From positions 6,861,218-6,925,217 of the forward strand of contig NC_068999.1 in NCBI RefSeq assembly GCF_001194135.2: DNA of 64,000 nt, in the 5' to 3' direction. This document shows, one piece after another, positions 1 through 12,795 of the stretch. A model generated the notes under the pieces. That model worked only from the letters and a program-made list of their open reading frames with translations, did no database searches and was not told the origin of the DNA. How positions within the stretch are numbered: the first letter of the stretch is position 1; every line of letters begins with the position of its first letter. Origin of the DNA: Octopus bimaculoides. Lineage: Eukaryota. The position numbers were made by a program, and so were the translations under genes.

Positions 1-1669
1 TATATATATATATATATATATATCATCATAATTTATTGTCCATGCTGGCACGCATGAAGGCTGCACCAGACTCCAGTCTGATTTGGCATAGTTTTCTACG
101 GCTGGATGCCTTTCCTAACACCAAGCACTCCAAGAGTATAATGGGTGCTTTTATGTGCCACCAGCATGGGTGCCGTTTGTGTGACACCAGGGTGCTTTTA
201 CATGCCACTGGTACAGGTGCTAATTGCGTGACACTGGTATCTGCCACCACTGCGATTTTTCTAGGCTTGATGGGTCTTCTTCTCAAGCACGGCATAATGC
301 CAAAGGTCTCGGTCGTTATCCCTGTGAGGCCCAACACTCGAAAGGAACCCAGCCACTTTGCTTCTCTGAGGCCCAATGCTCGAAAGGAACTCAACCATGT
401 TGCCTCTGTGATTACATGATGTATTTCTTTCAGTTTCTGCCTTCCAAATATACTCATAAGGCTTTCATTGGCTGGGAGCTATAGTTGGAGAGATCTTGCC
501 CCAAAGATCAAAGATAAAACAGACACACTGGAGTGAATAGTCATAAACACTTACATGAGGTCTGCATAGAGAACACAATGGCCTTTGATCCTAGCCAGCT
601 TGATCAGGGCCGATCTAAATAGGAACTCTATTGATCCTCGCACAGGAAAGGGTGCAATGGCTCTAAACAAGTGTTATATTGCAGTAATAACACTTTCTGT
701 AACAGGATGCAAAGGAAGAGATAAGACAGCTCTTCTTATTTCATCCACTTTCAATTGACGAGAGGTTTGTCACAACTGGAGATTATTATCATCATTATCA
801 TTTTGCAAAGTAGTTTTTATTTGCGATGACACTTTTACAAGTGGATCACACATGTAAGTGTGTGTGTGTGTGTGTTGTGGGGAAGGGTGTGGAGCTATGA
901 GGACCTTGAAATACTTTAGAAACCAGTTAAGACACCCTGCAAGTTTACTAAAGCCTCGTTCCTAAATTTGTAAGTGACGTTTATCTCTGAATGGTCAACA
1001 GGATGTCAATGTGTATCTCTGCAAATATTCCACAGTCAAGACTGGCAGACAAGCAGAAGGACTGTTTTTACAAGATCCTTCTATAAACTGCGTTAGTGAA
1101 GAATGATGCCAACTTCATCCAACTTATTTCCTTACTCAAGCCCTCCACTCCCTATGGAGTAAAAGCCATCAACGACTTTTCTCTGCTGTTCTTAACACTG
1201 AGCTGGGCTATAAGAAGGGCAGTGGGCCTCCCTCTTCCAGATCTTGTTGATTTTCAATTGTCATCTGGCTTTTATTCTTTGGTCTGTCAACCTGTCCAGC
1301 AGGGGAAGGCCCAATCGGGAGCTTGTACTCTGTTGGCACAGCTCCCAGTATCATTTATGGCACACAAGCCACCACATTCCAACAAGAATGGCACCTTGTG
1401 GTTTTTCATTATCAAAGCCAACAGTTTTGATTAAAACACATCGCGCAACACCATGAGGGCTTTTTCAGTGTACTTAACAGTGATGGTTATGACCCAAGGA
1501 GTGCAAAAGGATTAAAGTTCTTGGTATTCTGTGACACAAAAGACTCACACATTTTCTAACACTAACTTCAGGAACCTGACCAGCTAACTCATCAACATAC
1601 ATGTTTGCACATGTATATGTTCATGTCTGTATACATAAATGGGTATATATGTGTATATATTATATACGC

Positions 1670-1891
1670 ATTGTGATGGCACCTGTGCCCAGCGTCGCCT
1701 TCCTGGCACGTAAAAGCACCCACTACACTCTCAGAGTGGTTGGCGTTAGGAAGGGCATCCAGCTGCAGAAACTCTGCCAAATCAGATTGGAGCCTGGTGT
1801 AGCCATCTGGTTCACCAGTCCTCAGTCAAATCGTCCAACCCATGCTAGCATGTAAAGCGGACGTTAAACAATGATGATGATGATGATGATG
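1670..1891 (+). mobile_element. Family A retroposon; other copies at ~24-420(-), 2740-2895(+), 11010-11160(+), 13840-13975(-), 18720-19050(-), 35365-35530(-), 35960-36160(+), 38030-38720(-, several), 39050-39205(+), 52355-52520(-), 53255-53575(-), 55262-55445(+)
   Basis: Shared 3' block and (GAT)n tail, variable 5' ends, no tRNA head seen. Confidence 0.82.
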
Positions 1892-2186
1892 ACGCATGTG
1901 TATAAATATGTTCATGTGTGTATATGGTTTTCTGTTGTGTTATATATTTCTGTGTGTATGTATATCTGTGAGTGTGTACTGCTAGTGTGCATGTTACATT
2001 TTGTGTGTTGTCTTATGTTACAGCCATGGCGATCCTGTTCAGTTTGTGTCGTTTAGGCTACATTATACAAATGTGTCTGGTTTTTTTTCTTTTTAAGATG
2101 GTACAAATTAGATTAAGGGAGATTTGGCTGCTATATCTAACGGTCACACAATTGCCGAGAGCCTATCTCAGTAACTTGAGATGCGC

Positions 2187-2224
<38 letters not shown>

Positions 2225-4187
2225 NNNNNNNNNNNNNNNNNNNNNNNNNNNNNNNNNNNNNNNNNNNNNNNNNNNNNNNNNNNNNNNNNNNNNNNNNNNN
2301 NNNNNNNNNNNNNNNNNNNNNNNNNNNNNNNNNNNNNNNNNNNNNNNNNNNNNNNNNNNNNNNNNNNNNNNNNNNNNNNNNNNNNNNNNNNNNNNNNNNN
2401 NNNNNNNNNNNNNNNNNNNNNNNNNNNNNNNNNNNNNNNNNNNNNNNNNNNNNNNNNNNNNNNNNNNNNNNNNNNNNNNNNNNNNNNNNNNNNNNNNNNN
2501 NNNNNNNNNNNNNNNNNNNNNNNNNNNNNNNNNNNNNNNNNNNNNNNNNNNNNNNNCTCCAGCTGGCCACACTAAATAAATTTTCTGGCTGATTTTATTT
2601 GTCTTGATTTAAAAAAAGTCTTTGCTTTTATTTTCTATTTTAATATTCAACTTGAAAATTTCAATTGTTAAATTGCTAATGAACTTAATCACTCACGAGT
2701 CATTTGCATTTGGGGGGTGGGTCTTGTCTCACAAATTACTTGGTGATTTCATTAGTGCTGGCGTCACATAAAAAGCACCCGGTACTCTCTGTAAAAGGGT
2801 TGGCATCAGCTGTAGAAACCATGCCAAAGCAGATAATGGAGTTTGCTAGCTCCTGTCAAACCATCCAACCCATGCCAGTATGGAGAACGCACATTAAACG
2901 AAGATAATGATGGATAAAATGAAAATGAGAAGGAAGAATTTAATGCTTTCATTTTATTCATTTATTTATTTTTAGGCCATTTAGCTTTTCATTTGAGGAG
3001 ATGCATCCATGGCTGTGTGGTTAAGAAGTTTGCATTGAAATCATGTTGTTAGGGGTTCAATCCTAACCAATGCACATTGTTGGTTTGGCATCCTTCATCC
3101 TAGCCACAGATCAACCAATGTCCCAAAATCTTGTGAGTGACACTGGTGGGCAGAAATTATCTTTCCAACTCTTGTAAATATCGGTGGGTCCAACCCCCTC
3201 AGCCCCAACTAACCCCTATTCCTAGTCCTTCCCCATCAGCCTTCGGGAAGCTTTTTCCCTACTTGTGTCTTTCTTGCAAATGTTAACCTGCAACAGTTTA
3301 AACATTTTGTGAGCATATTTCTTTGAAAATACACTGCAAATGTTTTTATTAATTTTGAAAACAGTGAAGAATTTAGTAAAAGAACTTTGTTTTGTTAGAG
3401 GGTTTTAATTTAGATCAGTTTAAAACAGGAAATTTGTATCATAGAACCCAGGGTGGGTGGGTTCAGGTGGGTTGCTATCAAAAGGGTTAACTGGAAAATT
3501 AACAGCATCAAGTTCAGCAGTCTTGGAGGGCCAACATTGGTCATGAGCAGTTTTTTTACTCTTCACTTGACAAGGTTAAAAAAAAAAAAACACGCACACA
3601 GACAAATACAGATATACCAATGTGTGTGTGTATCTTTGTGCCTGTGTTTGTCCCACCAACAACATCACCTGACAGGTGGTATTGGTTTGCTTACATCCCC
3701 CGTAAATTAAATGTATGGCAAAAGAGACCAATAGAATAGGTACAACACCTACAAAAAAGTACTGAGGCCGATTTTTTCAACTATAACCCTTCAAGGTAGT
3801 GCCCCAACATGGCCACAGTCTAATGACTGAAACCGGTAAAAGATAAAAGAAAAAAAAGAATATTTGACAAAACAAAAATAAAAAAAGAGAAAACAAAAGA
3901 GAACCATCCGATTAATTCTGGTTTTCCTGTCACCCAGTTTGTCGCCATTCATTGTCTTAGAATTTCTTTGACAGATTGGTTTACTGGCAGAGTCGTAACC
4001 AGGTGTTTAGGAAAATTTTAAGAGTTGAGACGAATAAAGAATAGATTTTTGCACAGTTGCCATGATCTCTAATTAGAGCTTAACTATTGAGCTATGTCAA
4101 TTTAGAGATGATATTTGTCACCTGTTCAACAGACATAGAGAGCCTTTATGTGGTTACTCAATCTGCAAGAAATAGCAGCTGTGTGTG

Positions 4188-4223
<36 letters not shown>

Positions 4224-4273
4224 CTTCAACACACAAACTCACATAAAGAACTTGCAAACCAAATCCCAAAACG

Positions 4274-4307
<34 letters not shown>

Positions 4308-5214
4308 TGAACAGTATGAAGTGTTCACGAGGAATTTAATTTCATGAAATTCATGAAGCTGACATATTTGCGAAAATAAATTCCATGAAATTTAATTCCA
4401 AAAGGTAATAAGTTTCAGTCATTTACATAAAATTTTATGGGGAGAAACCTAAGGCAAGAAAATCAACAGTTCTTTGTAATATGTTTGTTTCAAATGAAAA
4501 ATATGCAAAAATGTATAATCAATCACTTAGAATTATGACATTCTTGTGTATTTGCGAAATTAAATTCTTGTGAATTTGTCTCTAGGTCCCAATTCACGAA
4601 ATTATATATATGTTATAATGTGGATCCTCATCCACTTGTATGTTGTTGTCGCCACTGTAATATTCTCATCACCACTATCATATTGTAGCAGTATTCCACA
4701 TCTTATTATCTTTGGCTTGTCTACCGTACTATTGCTGATAGCTCTGCAAAATGACTTTGTAATGTCTACCTTGACAGTAACTCGAACTTGTATATATCCC
4801 ATGCAAGCAACGAAAAGTAGACAATAAAACAATGATGATGAGGAAGAGGACAATTGATATGTGGTTTGCAAATGATCTGGTTGCTATTTCTAGCAAATCC
4901 AGTGACCTCATAGAGGCTCCCAATGCCTCATATAATTTCTCATGCAATTAATAATACAGGATAGACAACAGTAAGTTCTGAAAGTTTACTGTTGTGATGA
5001 ATGCAAACACTTACAATCATACTTTTAAATTTTACTTTCATAAGAAACGCCCAGCATGTGTAACTAGAGCTGAAAATATTCAATTAGCAACAAATGATTT
5101 CATTTATTAATGCTTAATTGCTACTGAGAAGTGTACCTAGAGTTTAAAAAACAAAAACAAAAAAAAATCAAGCATTTGGTCATAAGTGTATGAACACTGA
5201 TAGAAGTAAGTAAG

Positions 5215-5225
5215 TAATAATAATA

Positions 5226-5264
<39 letters not shown>

Positions 5265-5660
5265 TTTTCTTTATTGGCCACAAGGCCCAAACACAAAACA
5301 CACGGGGACAATACAACACAAAGGACAAGTGAGGTTTAGTACAAAGTCATGTAAAAAATAACAATTAACAATAAAATTAAACAATAAAAATCGCTAAAAG
5401 CAGGGAGTTCATCCCAGAGGCAACCAAGGAACCCCGCACATTCTGGTTATCCCAACTGCCAGGTGCCCCTCTTTCGCAACTCCTCCACACGAGCCATCTT
5501 CGCCACATTCACACGAGCCATCTTTGCCACATTTACCCACCTTTCAAGAAAAATACTCAGGGGCAGTACTTCTCTCTCCACCTTCATTTTCCTTTTTAAG
5601 TTTCACTTGAAAAAGTCAATGAGGGCTTGACCAAAAAGGGAAACTATCTGTCTTTAGCCC
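5215..5660 (-). mobile_element. 3' end of a non-LTR element (L1/Tx1-like) with AATAAA and (ATT)n tail
   Basis: Decayed frame KLKKENEGGERST..IFLERWVNVAKMAR, then a 3' UTR, AATAAA and an (ATT)n tail; 24-nt tandem duplication at ~5485-5532. Clade assignment is from memory. Confidence 0.5.
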
Positions 5661-5699
5661 TTTCAGCCTCCTCCTCCGACAACGATGACGCTACCGCTG

Positions 5700-6315
5700 C
5701 CAAGTCGATTAAATCAAACCCAGTGCTCAACTGGCACTTAATTTATCAACTTTGATAAGACGAAAGGCAAAGTCAACCTCGGCGGTATTTGAACTCAGTG
5801 TGCTAACGATTCTGCTAGCTTGCCACTTTACTGATAATAATGATGGTTTCAAATTTTGGCACAAGGCCAGCAGTTTCGGGGGCAGTGGCTAAGTCGTTCA
5901 CATCGACCCCGAAAGGACGAAAGGCAAAAGTTGATCCCAGCAGATTTGAACTCAGAACGTGAAGATGGATGAAATGCGGCTGAGCACCTTGACCGGCACA
6001 CCAACAATTTTGCCAGATTGCCGACTTCATAATAAAAATAACGATGATGATGATGATGATAATAATGATAATAGTAACAACAACAACAATAATATTAATA
6101 ATCCTTTCTACTATAGGCACAAGGCCCAAAATTTTTGGGGAGGGGCCAGTTAATTAGATCAACCCCAATACGCAACTGGTACTCGATTTATCAACGCTGA
6201 GAGGATGAAAGGCAAAGTCGACATCGGCAGAATTTGAACTTAGAACATAGTTACAAGCGAAATACCGCTAAGCATTTCGTCCAGCATGCTAACGATTCTG
6301 CCAGCTCAACACCTT
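5700..6315 (-). mobile_element. Three tandem family C SINEs (tRNA-like head, GCCTTTCATCCTTTC central block, (ATT)n tail)
   Basis: Repeated GAAAGGCAAAGTCGAC..GAATTTGAACTCAGAAC..CTAACGATTCTGCCAGC on the plus strand at ~5700, 5840 and 6100, separated by (AAT)n. Confidence 0.8.
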
Positions 6316-6373
6316 TACAATAATATCAATAATAACAATAATAATAATAATAATGATAAAAATAATTACTTAC

Positions 6374-6500
6374 CAGTATGCCAAACATAATGAACCCATA
6401 CATAAGTGCTAGCAGCAAAGAAAAGCCACTGAACAGGTATGAAGAGATAGCAGATGACATCTGATGTGATAGCAATACAAACAAAAAATACAGAAAATGC
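6374..6500 (-). CDS. MACO1: Macoilin coding exon 3 (127 nt): AFSVFFVCIAITSDVICYLFIPVQWLFFAASTYVWVHYVWHT+G
   Basis: Forms the C-terminal part of ORF 6366..6779. Poly-T plus TTTCAG acceptor and GTAAGT donor; phase 0 in, phase 1 out. Matches the recalled macoilin motif LFIP.QWLFFAASTYVWV.YVWHT. Confidence 0.97.
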
Positions 6501-6614
6501 CTGAAAAAGAAAAAAAAAAAAAGTTAAGTCAATTAATTTTGCCAATAATGAAAAAATTAGTGAAATAGTTTTGACATTAATTAATTTGATGTTTGGAGTA
6601 TAAGTCAACAATGG

Positions 6615-6780
6615 GCGCAGGCATGGCTGTGTGCTTATAAAGCTTGCTTTGCAACCATGTAGTTTCAGGTTCAATCCCACTGCACAGTACCTTGGGCAAG
6701 TTTCTTTTAAAATAGCTCTGGGCTGACCACAGCCTTGTGAGTGTATTTGGTAGATGGAAACCATGAGGAAACCCACCACA
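6615..6780 (+). mobile_element. Family B SINE head and core; other partial copies at ~425-500(-), 3005-3160(+), 3620-3845(+ tail), 11455-11580(-), 13240-13398(-), 15400-15560(-), 16541-16735(-), 23720-23940(-), 25490-25635(+), 27760-28115(+), 29075-29190(+), 52660-52745(+)
   Basis: Shared GGCATGGCTGTG..AAGCTTGC..CCTTGGGCAAG..GATTTGGTAGA.GGAAAC blocks. Confidence 0.8.
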
Positions 6781-6794
6781 TATCTCTCTCTCTT

Positions 6795-6844
<50 letters not shown>

Positions 6845-8232
6845 GTGTGTGTATTTATAAATATAGATGTTTTCAATCTAGTTTGAATTCTTTGCCATCA
6901 AATTCGAATTCTTTGCAATCAAATTTGATGGCAAAGAATTCAAATTTGATGGCAAAAAATCCAAACGTTGCAGCACCTCGGGTAAGTGTCTTTCTACTAT
7001 AGCCCTGGGCTGACCAATGCCTTGTGAATGAATCTGGTAGGTGGAAACCGCACTTCACATTGAAAGCCAGCAAGCCACAAGCAGTGATGCTTATTGTTGT
7101 ATCCATATCAACAACGACTGCTGACTCTGTACTTCTGAAGATGTGTGGAATAAGAGATCCCTTACTTGGAAAAGAAGGGTTAACAACAGGAAGGGTATCC
7201 AGCTGTAAAAACACTATCTCAACAACATGTATTCATCTAACTCCCCTCACAGCACAGAAAAGCATGTAAAAATAGAGAAAAAAAATAAAAATTTAATTAG
7301 TGAATTTACAATCTATAAGTTTGACAATTAAATTAAATTTATTCATGTTACAACAATATCCATTTTTACAATTTTAAACAAAGTGAAGTATGATACTCCA
7401 AGGAGAACTAGTATGAAAGTCTAATGTTACGTCTACTTTTAGTGGCATTAAATGTCAAGTTAGATAATGGTACTAATTATAATAGTGCTTTTAACATGAA
7501 ACTCATTAACAATAGAAAAGGGGTAAAATAGACAGAAATTAATTAGGTGATGCATTATACACCATATGTTGTATAATCTACTGTTACAGGCATATATGCA
7601 TGTGTTTGTGTTATATGCATGTATATTTATTGTTGGGAGTAAAAATAATACTGTGGAGGTGCATGGCTCAGTGGTTAGACTGTCGAGCACACATACACAT
7701 GAAAGCATGTGGCCTCGTGGTTATACTGTTACACACGATCATTAGATTTTGGGTTCCATCCCCAGACTTGGTAGTACACTGTGTTCTTGAATAAAACAAT
7801 TTATGTCAAATTGTTCCAGTCCTCCTTTTGATCACAGGGAATGTTGGTCTGCTTGTCCAGCCAGCAGAGTAGCCTCGTTTGAAGGCTAAAACAATGCAAA
7901 GGGCAAAGGACATTTTCTAAGCGTTACCCACTATTCTCGTCTCCTTGGCCCCAAGGCTGTATTTCGTTTGACTGTCTGTCCTCCTCCACTGTCCTAAATC
8001 ACACTGTGTCGTTTTACTTCCTTTTTGTTTTGTTTTGTTTGCTCTTGTTCCTAATTCCCCACAAGAAAAACAAATTTTGCGGGTGCCACCAATTGGGAAG
8101 CACTCAGTCCTATCGTTAAAGGTATGAAAACTGAACAGTACCAATTGGTTGATAACTGATGAAGAATTATGAACCTTCTGTTTGTCTCCCGTTCATTTTT
8201 ATATTCAGTATATATTATGTCATTTGTTATAC

Positions 8233-8267
<35 letters not shown>

Positions 8268-9019
8268 TAGATAGATAGAGAGAGACAGAGAGAGATGGGG
8301 GGGGGGCAGGCAAATACATGAAACTGTTTCATTAAGTTCTAACATGTTATGTAACGGAGAGAGAGTGATGAAGGAAGGGAAGGAGAAAGAGAGAAAGGGA
8401 GGGAGAAAGAAAGGAAAATCAGACAATACAGAGGGCAATAAAGGAGAGAGAAGGAAAGGAGGAAGGAGACATAGCAGGAGGGAGATGGGGGAAGGAAGAT
8501 GGAGGAGAGAGGTGAGTGGGGGGTGGAGGGCAAGAGGGAGAAAGGAAAAGGGAGAGGAGAGAGAGAGAACTGAACCCATCCAGTTTGGTGGCTATCTACA
8601 AATATTGTCGTCAAATTGTAATATTCAACATGAATGAGTGAACCCCTATGTGGTTGGTTGATCTGCTAGTAATAAACCCAAACCTCAATCGATCAAACTA
8701 CACACCCCATTGTCTTAACGGATGATGTGTCCACAGATACACTAAACCTGAAGAAAAGGCAGGAAGCGTCATGGTTGGAATGCGTTGATCATAACGCCCT
8801 TTGATCAGGTTTAACCTGGTGTGAGGAGATAAAACGGCAGTAACAACAACAACAACAGGAGACAATTAAATGAATTACTGCTTAAAATGTCATAAAGACA
8901 AACAGGAATTTTGTTTGCAAGGACATGGATTATCTCAGCTATATTATTAGTGCATCTGGCAAATGATTATCTTGGAAAAATTCTGGTGCTATTAAAAAAA
9001 ATTACCAATTCCAAAACAT

Positions 9020-9640
9020 GCAAATGAAAAATTAGCATTTGTTTTAAAATTTCGATGTTAACACACATTCATTAAGAACATGGTAACCGTTACTGCACTG
9101 CTATTATAATTAATCAAAAAGGACTGTACTGCCCAAAATATTAGCATTCAAAAATCAGATGTTATAAATTCATTAAGAATATAGTAGATTTTATTATGCT
9201 GTCATGTAATTAAATGAAAAGGATTGTATTGCCTAAAATGTTAGCATAATAAGATCTATTATATTTTTGATGACTGTATAACATTCAATTTTTGAAAGAA
9301 ATGCTGTCATATAATTAAATGAAAAGGATTTTATTGCCTGAAATATTAGCATTCTTTTCAAAAGTCAGATGTTATACATTCATTAACAACATATCAGACC
9401 TCACTATGCTGCCATATAACTAAATGAAAAGGATCATATTGCCTTAAATATTAGCATTTGTTTCAAACGTTAGATGTTATCGTACAATTATTAAGAATAT
9501 GCTAAGCATTCATGCACAGTCACACAATGAAATGGAAAATAATGTAATCATTCATTTCAAAATTCAGGTGTTATCATACAACAAGATCACGGTAATCCTT
9601 ACTGTGGTTGCTATATAATTAAATGAAAAGGTAGATACCA
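9020..9640. repeat. Degenerate ~105-bp tandem minisatellite (5-6 units)
   Basis: TAA(T/C)TAAATGAAAAGG recurs at ~9206, 9311, 9416 and 9615, with TTAGCATT..AGATGTTAT between. Stops occur in all frames checked. Confidence 0.75.
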
Positions 9641-9729
9641 TCCAAATGGTTAGTTGATTAACGATAAAGTTGTGAGGAGCTGAAACTAGGGATTAAGGCC
9701 ATAGAGTATGTGCATCACAATGAAATTTT

Positions 9730-10810
9730 ATCATTGTATTGGAGTGGTCCCGTCACATTGTGGAAATGGTGTCTAACATCCAATGGCTCAAACCAGCTAA
9801 AACACTGAATGCACATTAAGGGTGATATTTGCAAATAGATAAAAGAGAAATTATTTATAATATTCCATCTTCATCAGTTTAATTAATCAATTTCTACATA
9901 TGAATGACATTTTGAATTAACCACCAAGCCAAAAGCTGCTAATTTACATATTGTCACTGAATAAAAATATATACAAGTATTTAGATCTCGGCAGCTGCGA
10001 TATTGGATAACATTATACGGGGTGTAGGGGTGGCAGTTGTACAAATACACAGTTTGACAAGAAGCTTTGAAGCAACACAAAAATGTTGATTAATTATCAA
10101 GACTGCTGGCCGGACTTGATTACGATTTTGACAATGATCATAAAAATCGTATTCTATATAAGATTTTTAAAAATACATCAAATTATTGATGAAAGTCTTC
10201 AGGGAAAGCCAGACGTCATTGAAGAAACTGAATCAGTCATGAGGTCCGATGTCAATGTTCTTTGAATTAAACAATTTATTGATAATGGTTGGCCAGGAAA
10301 AAAAAAAAAAAAAATCCCAAGACAAAACCAAACCAAAAACAACCATATATTAAATGAGAAACAACTGAGAGAGCATTGGATAAAATGTGAGGCAATTAAT
10401 TACCAAAATAATTTATTAATCTTGCAGTACAGTTTTCCTAAAGTAATTATTCTGCAAGTATTACAAAATAAACTTTGACTCGACCGCATAAAGGCCACGG
10501 AGGCATGGCCTGAAGGAAACAAACGAGTCATAGAAGTTGTAGATACGACAACTGGCCGCAAATACAGTTTGATAGCGTTGCAATAATCAAATCATGTCCA
10601 GCATACCAATCAATTGCAAATTTGCTTGATAAACATTATAAGGAATAGTCAAAACCAGCTGGACCATAGAAACAAATTGATATTGACTATACTGGACCAT
10701 TCTACGATAAAATGTTCTTTATTGCCATTGGTTTATTCTCGAAATTTCCATATGTTGCTTTAGCAACATAAACTACTAATAAAACACTGGCAGCACTCTT
10801 TGTTCCAGCT
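9730..10810 (+). mobile_element. Degenerate Ty3/Gypsy LTR retrotransposon pol remnant (RNase H to integrase)
   Basis: Frame-shifted motifs: IGVVPSH..GV.HPMA / KTLNAH..YLQIDK / HFELTT (RNase H), IKQFIDNGWP, and KPAGP*KQIDIDYTGPFYDKMFFIAIGLFSKFP at 10652 onward (integrase core). Many stops; no LTRs recognised. Confidence 0.8.
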
Positions 10811-12009
10811 ACTCCTACCAACCCCCTTATATAACATGGTGCGCCCTTGTGTCTCCCCTGTAGCAAGACATCTAGTCTTGTCCCTTTTTCACACTTCAGC
10901 TTGCCAATACCTGGCATAGAACCATCACTCAAATAGCCCCCACCCCCACCAATTTAGATGAGGTGGTTTTTTTCCTTTTTCCTGTTAAAAAAAGCTATCT
11001 GTACATTCTGTAAAGTGGATGGTGTTAGGAAAGACATCCAGCCATAGAAACAGTGCCAAAGCTGACATTGCGCTTAATGCAGCCCTTTGACTCACTCGAC
11101 CCTATTAAATCAGCCAACCCATGCCAGCATGGAAAACCGGCATTATATGATGATGAATGCTTGGTAAAATTTTCACTATTGAAGGATTGCTCAAACAATT
11201 ATATCAAAATAAGTCTTCTATAAATGATGTACCATGAATGCCAATTTAGCTATAAAGAATAGCTAATAAAACATTGGGGTTTAACATTGAAAACTTATTT
11301 CTAAATGGTCCCATTATTATGTTTCAAACCATCAACATCATCATCATCATTGCTTTTAGTGTCCACTTTTCCAAGCTTACATGGATTGGACAGAATTCAT
11401 AGAGGCAGATTTCCTAAGGTTGGCTGTCTTTCCTGTTGCTAACCCTCACTTTTTCAGTTTCCGTCTACCAGATCCACCTTTAAAAGACACTTGCCCAAGG
11501 TGCCACACAGCAGGACTGAACCCAAGACCACATGGTTGCAAGACAAGCTTCTTAACCACATAGCCAAGCCTCCACCTATCACACACAAAAAAACAAAAAA
11601 AACAAAAAAAAACAACCGTTTACTGGTTCTAAATTTAAATATTTTCTCCCTGACAGTGTAACTCAATTTACATCACCTAAATTTTAAGTGCCTATTTGGT
11701 TGTAAAATGATTTTATTTTGCAACCGAATGGGTATTCGGCATTTGATGTCACCTGTTTCCTCATTTATTTTCAATCAATGAAGGAGAGCTCTTTGATCAA
11801 ATCAAATGCTGAAACATAAAAGTCATTCACTGGTGGATGGCCAATCAAATTTTTTTTTAATTCTCATATTGGTTTACACCAATTCCAGCACAGAACAGGG
11901 AAATTACTAGTGAATAAAATACTTCATGGCTGACAGCTATGAATGATTATGTCCTTATTAATGGCACCAATCCACAATCAGATGGAGGACAAGCAGAAAA
12001 AACACTTCT

Positions 12010-12335
12010 AATAAGCTGCATGGTAATAAACTTGCATTCCAACCACATGGTACCAGGATCTGTCCCACAGTGTGACACCTTGGGCAAGTGTCTTCTTCCT
12101 ATAGCCTCGGGCCAACCAAAGCTTTGCGAGTGGATTTGGTAGATGGAAACTGAAAGAAGCCCGTTGTGTGTGTGTATGTATTCATGTATGTGTCTTTGTG
12201 TTTGTATCCCCACCATTGCTTGACAACCAATGTTGGTGTGTTTATGTCCCCTAACTAAGGGGTTCAGCAAAAGAGACTGATAAAATAAATACTAGACTTA
12301 CAAAGAATAAATCCTGGGGTCGAGTTGTTCGACTA
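12010..12335 (+). mobile_element. Family B SINE (left arm of inverted pair)
   Basis: Head, CORE-like block and tail; 3' truncated. Confidence 0.8.
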
Positions 12336-12345
12336 AAAAACCCTT

Positions 12346-12795
12346 AGCTGAACAAATCGACCTCAGAGCTTTTTATCCTTAAGCTGGTACTTATTACATT
12401 AGTCTCTTTTAGCTGAACCACTAAGTTACAGGGTCGTAAACGTACCAACACCAGTTGTCAAGTGGTGATAAGAAACAAGTACAAACACACACAGATATGT
12501 ACACGAACACACACACACACACACACAGATATATATATTTATATATACATACACACACATATATATACAAACACACACACAGATATATACAAACACACAC
12601 ACATATATATACACACACAGATATATACATACACACACATAACAGGCTTCTTTCAGTTTCCCTCTACCAAATCCACTCACAAAGCTTTGGTCAGCCTGAA
12701 GGTATAGTAGATGACACTCGTCCAAGGTGGCAGGCAGTGGAACTGAACCTGGAACCATGTGAGTGAGACACAAACTTCTTACCACACAGCCACGA
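12346..12795 (-). mobile_element. Family B SINE (right arm of inverted pair)
   Basis: Reverse complement of family B with a longer (CA/TA)n interior; 3' truncated. Confidence 0.8.

Noticed and set aside
960-1430. Possible RTE-like C-terminal remnant on minus (DLVKTVLLLVCQS)
   Set aside because: Only one weak motif; too decayed to support without a profile search.
1972-2592. Long ORFs spanning N runs (also 30254, 31890-32612, 41904-42722, 45994, 50098)
   Set aside because: Open only because N codons contain no stops.
4602-4871. 89-aa minus-strand ORF
   Set aside because: Does not match the expected macoilin exon 4 (..G.CLPTVSLW..CRPFAAHC) and lacks clear splice sites. Exon 4 probably lies before position 1 or in the 2225-2556 gap.
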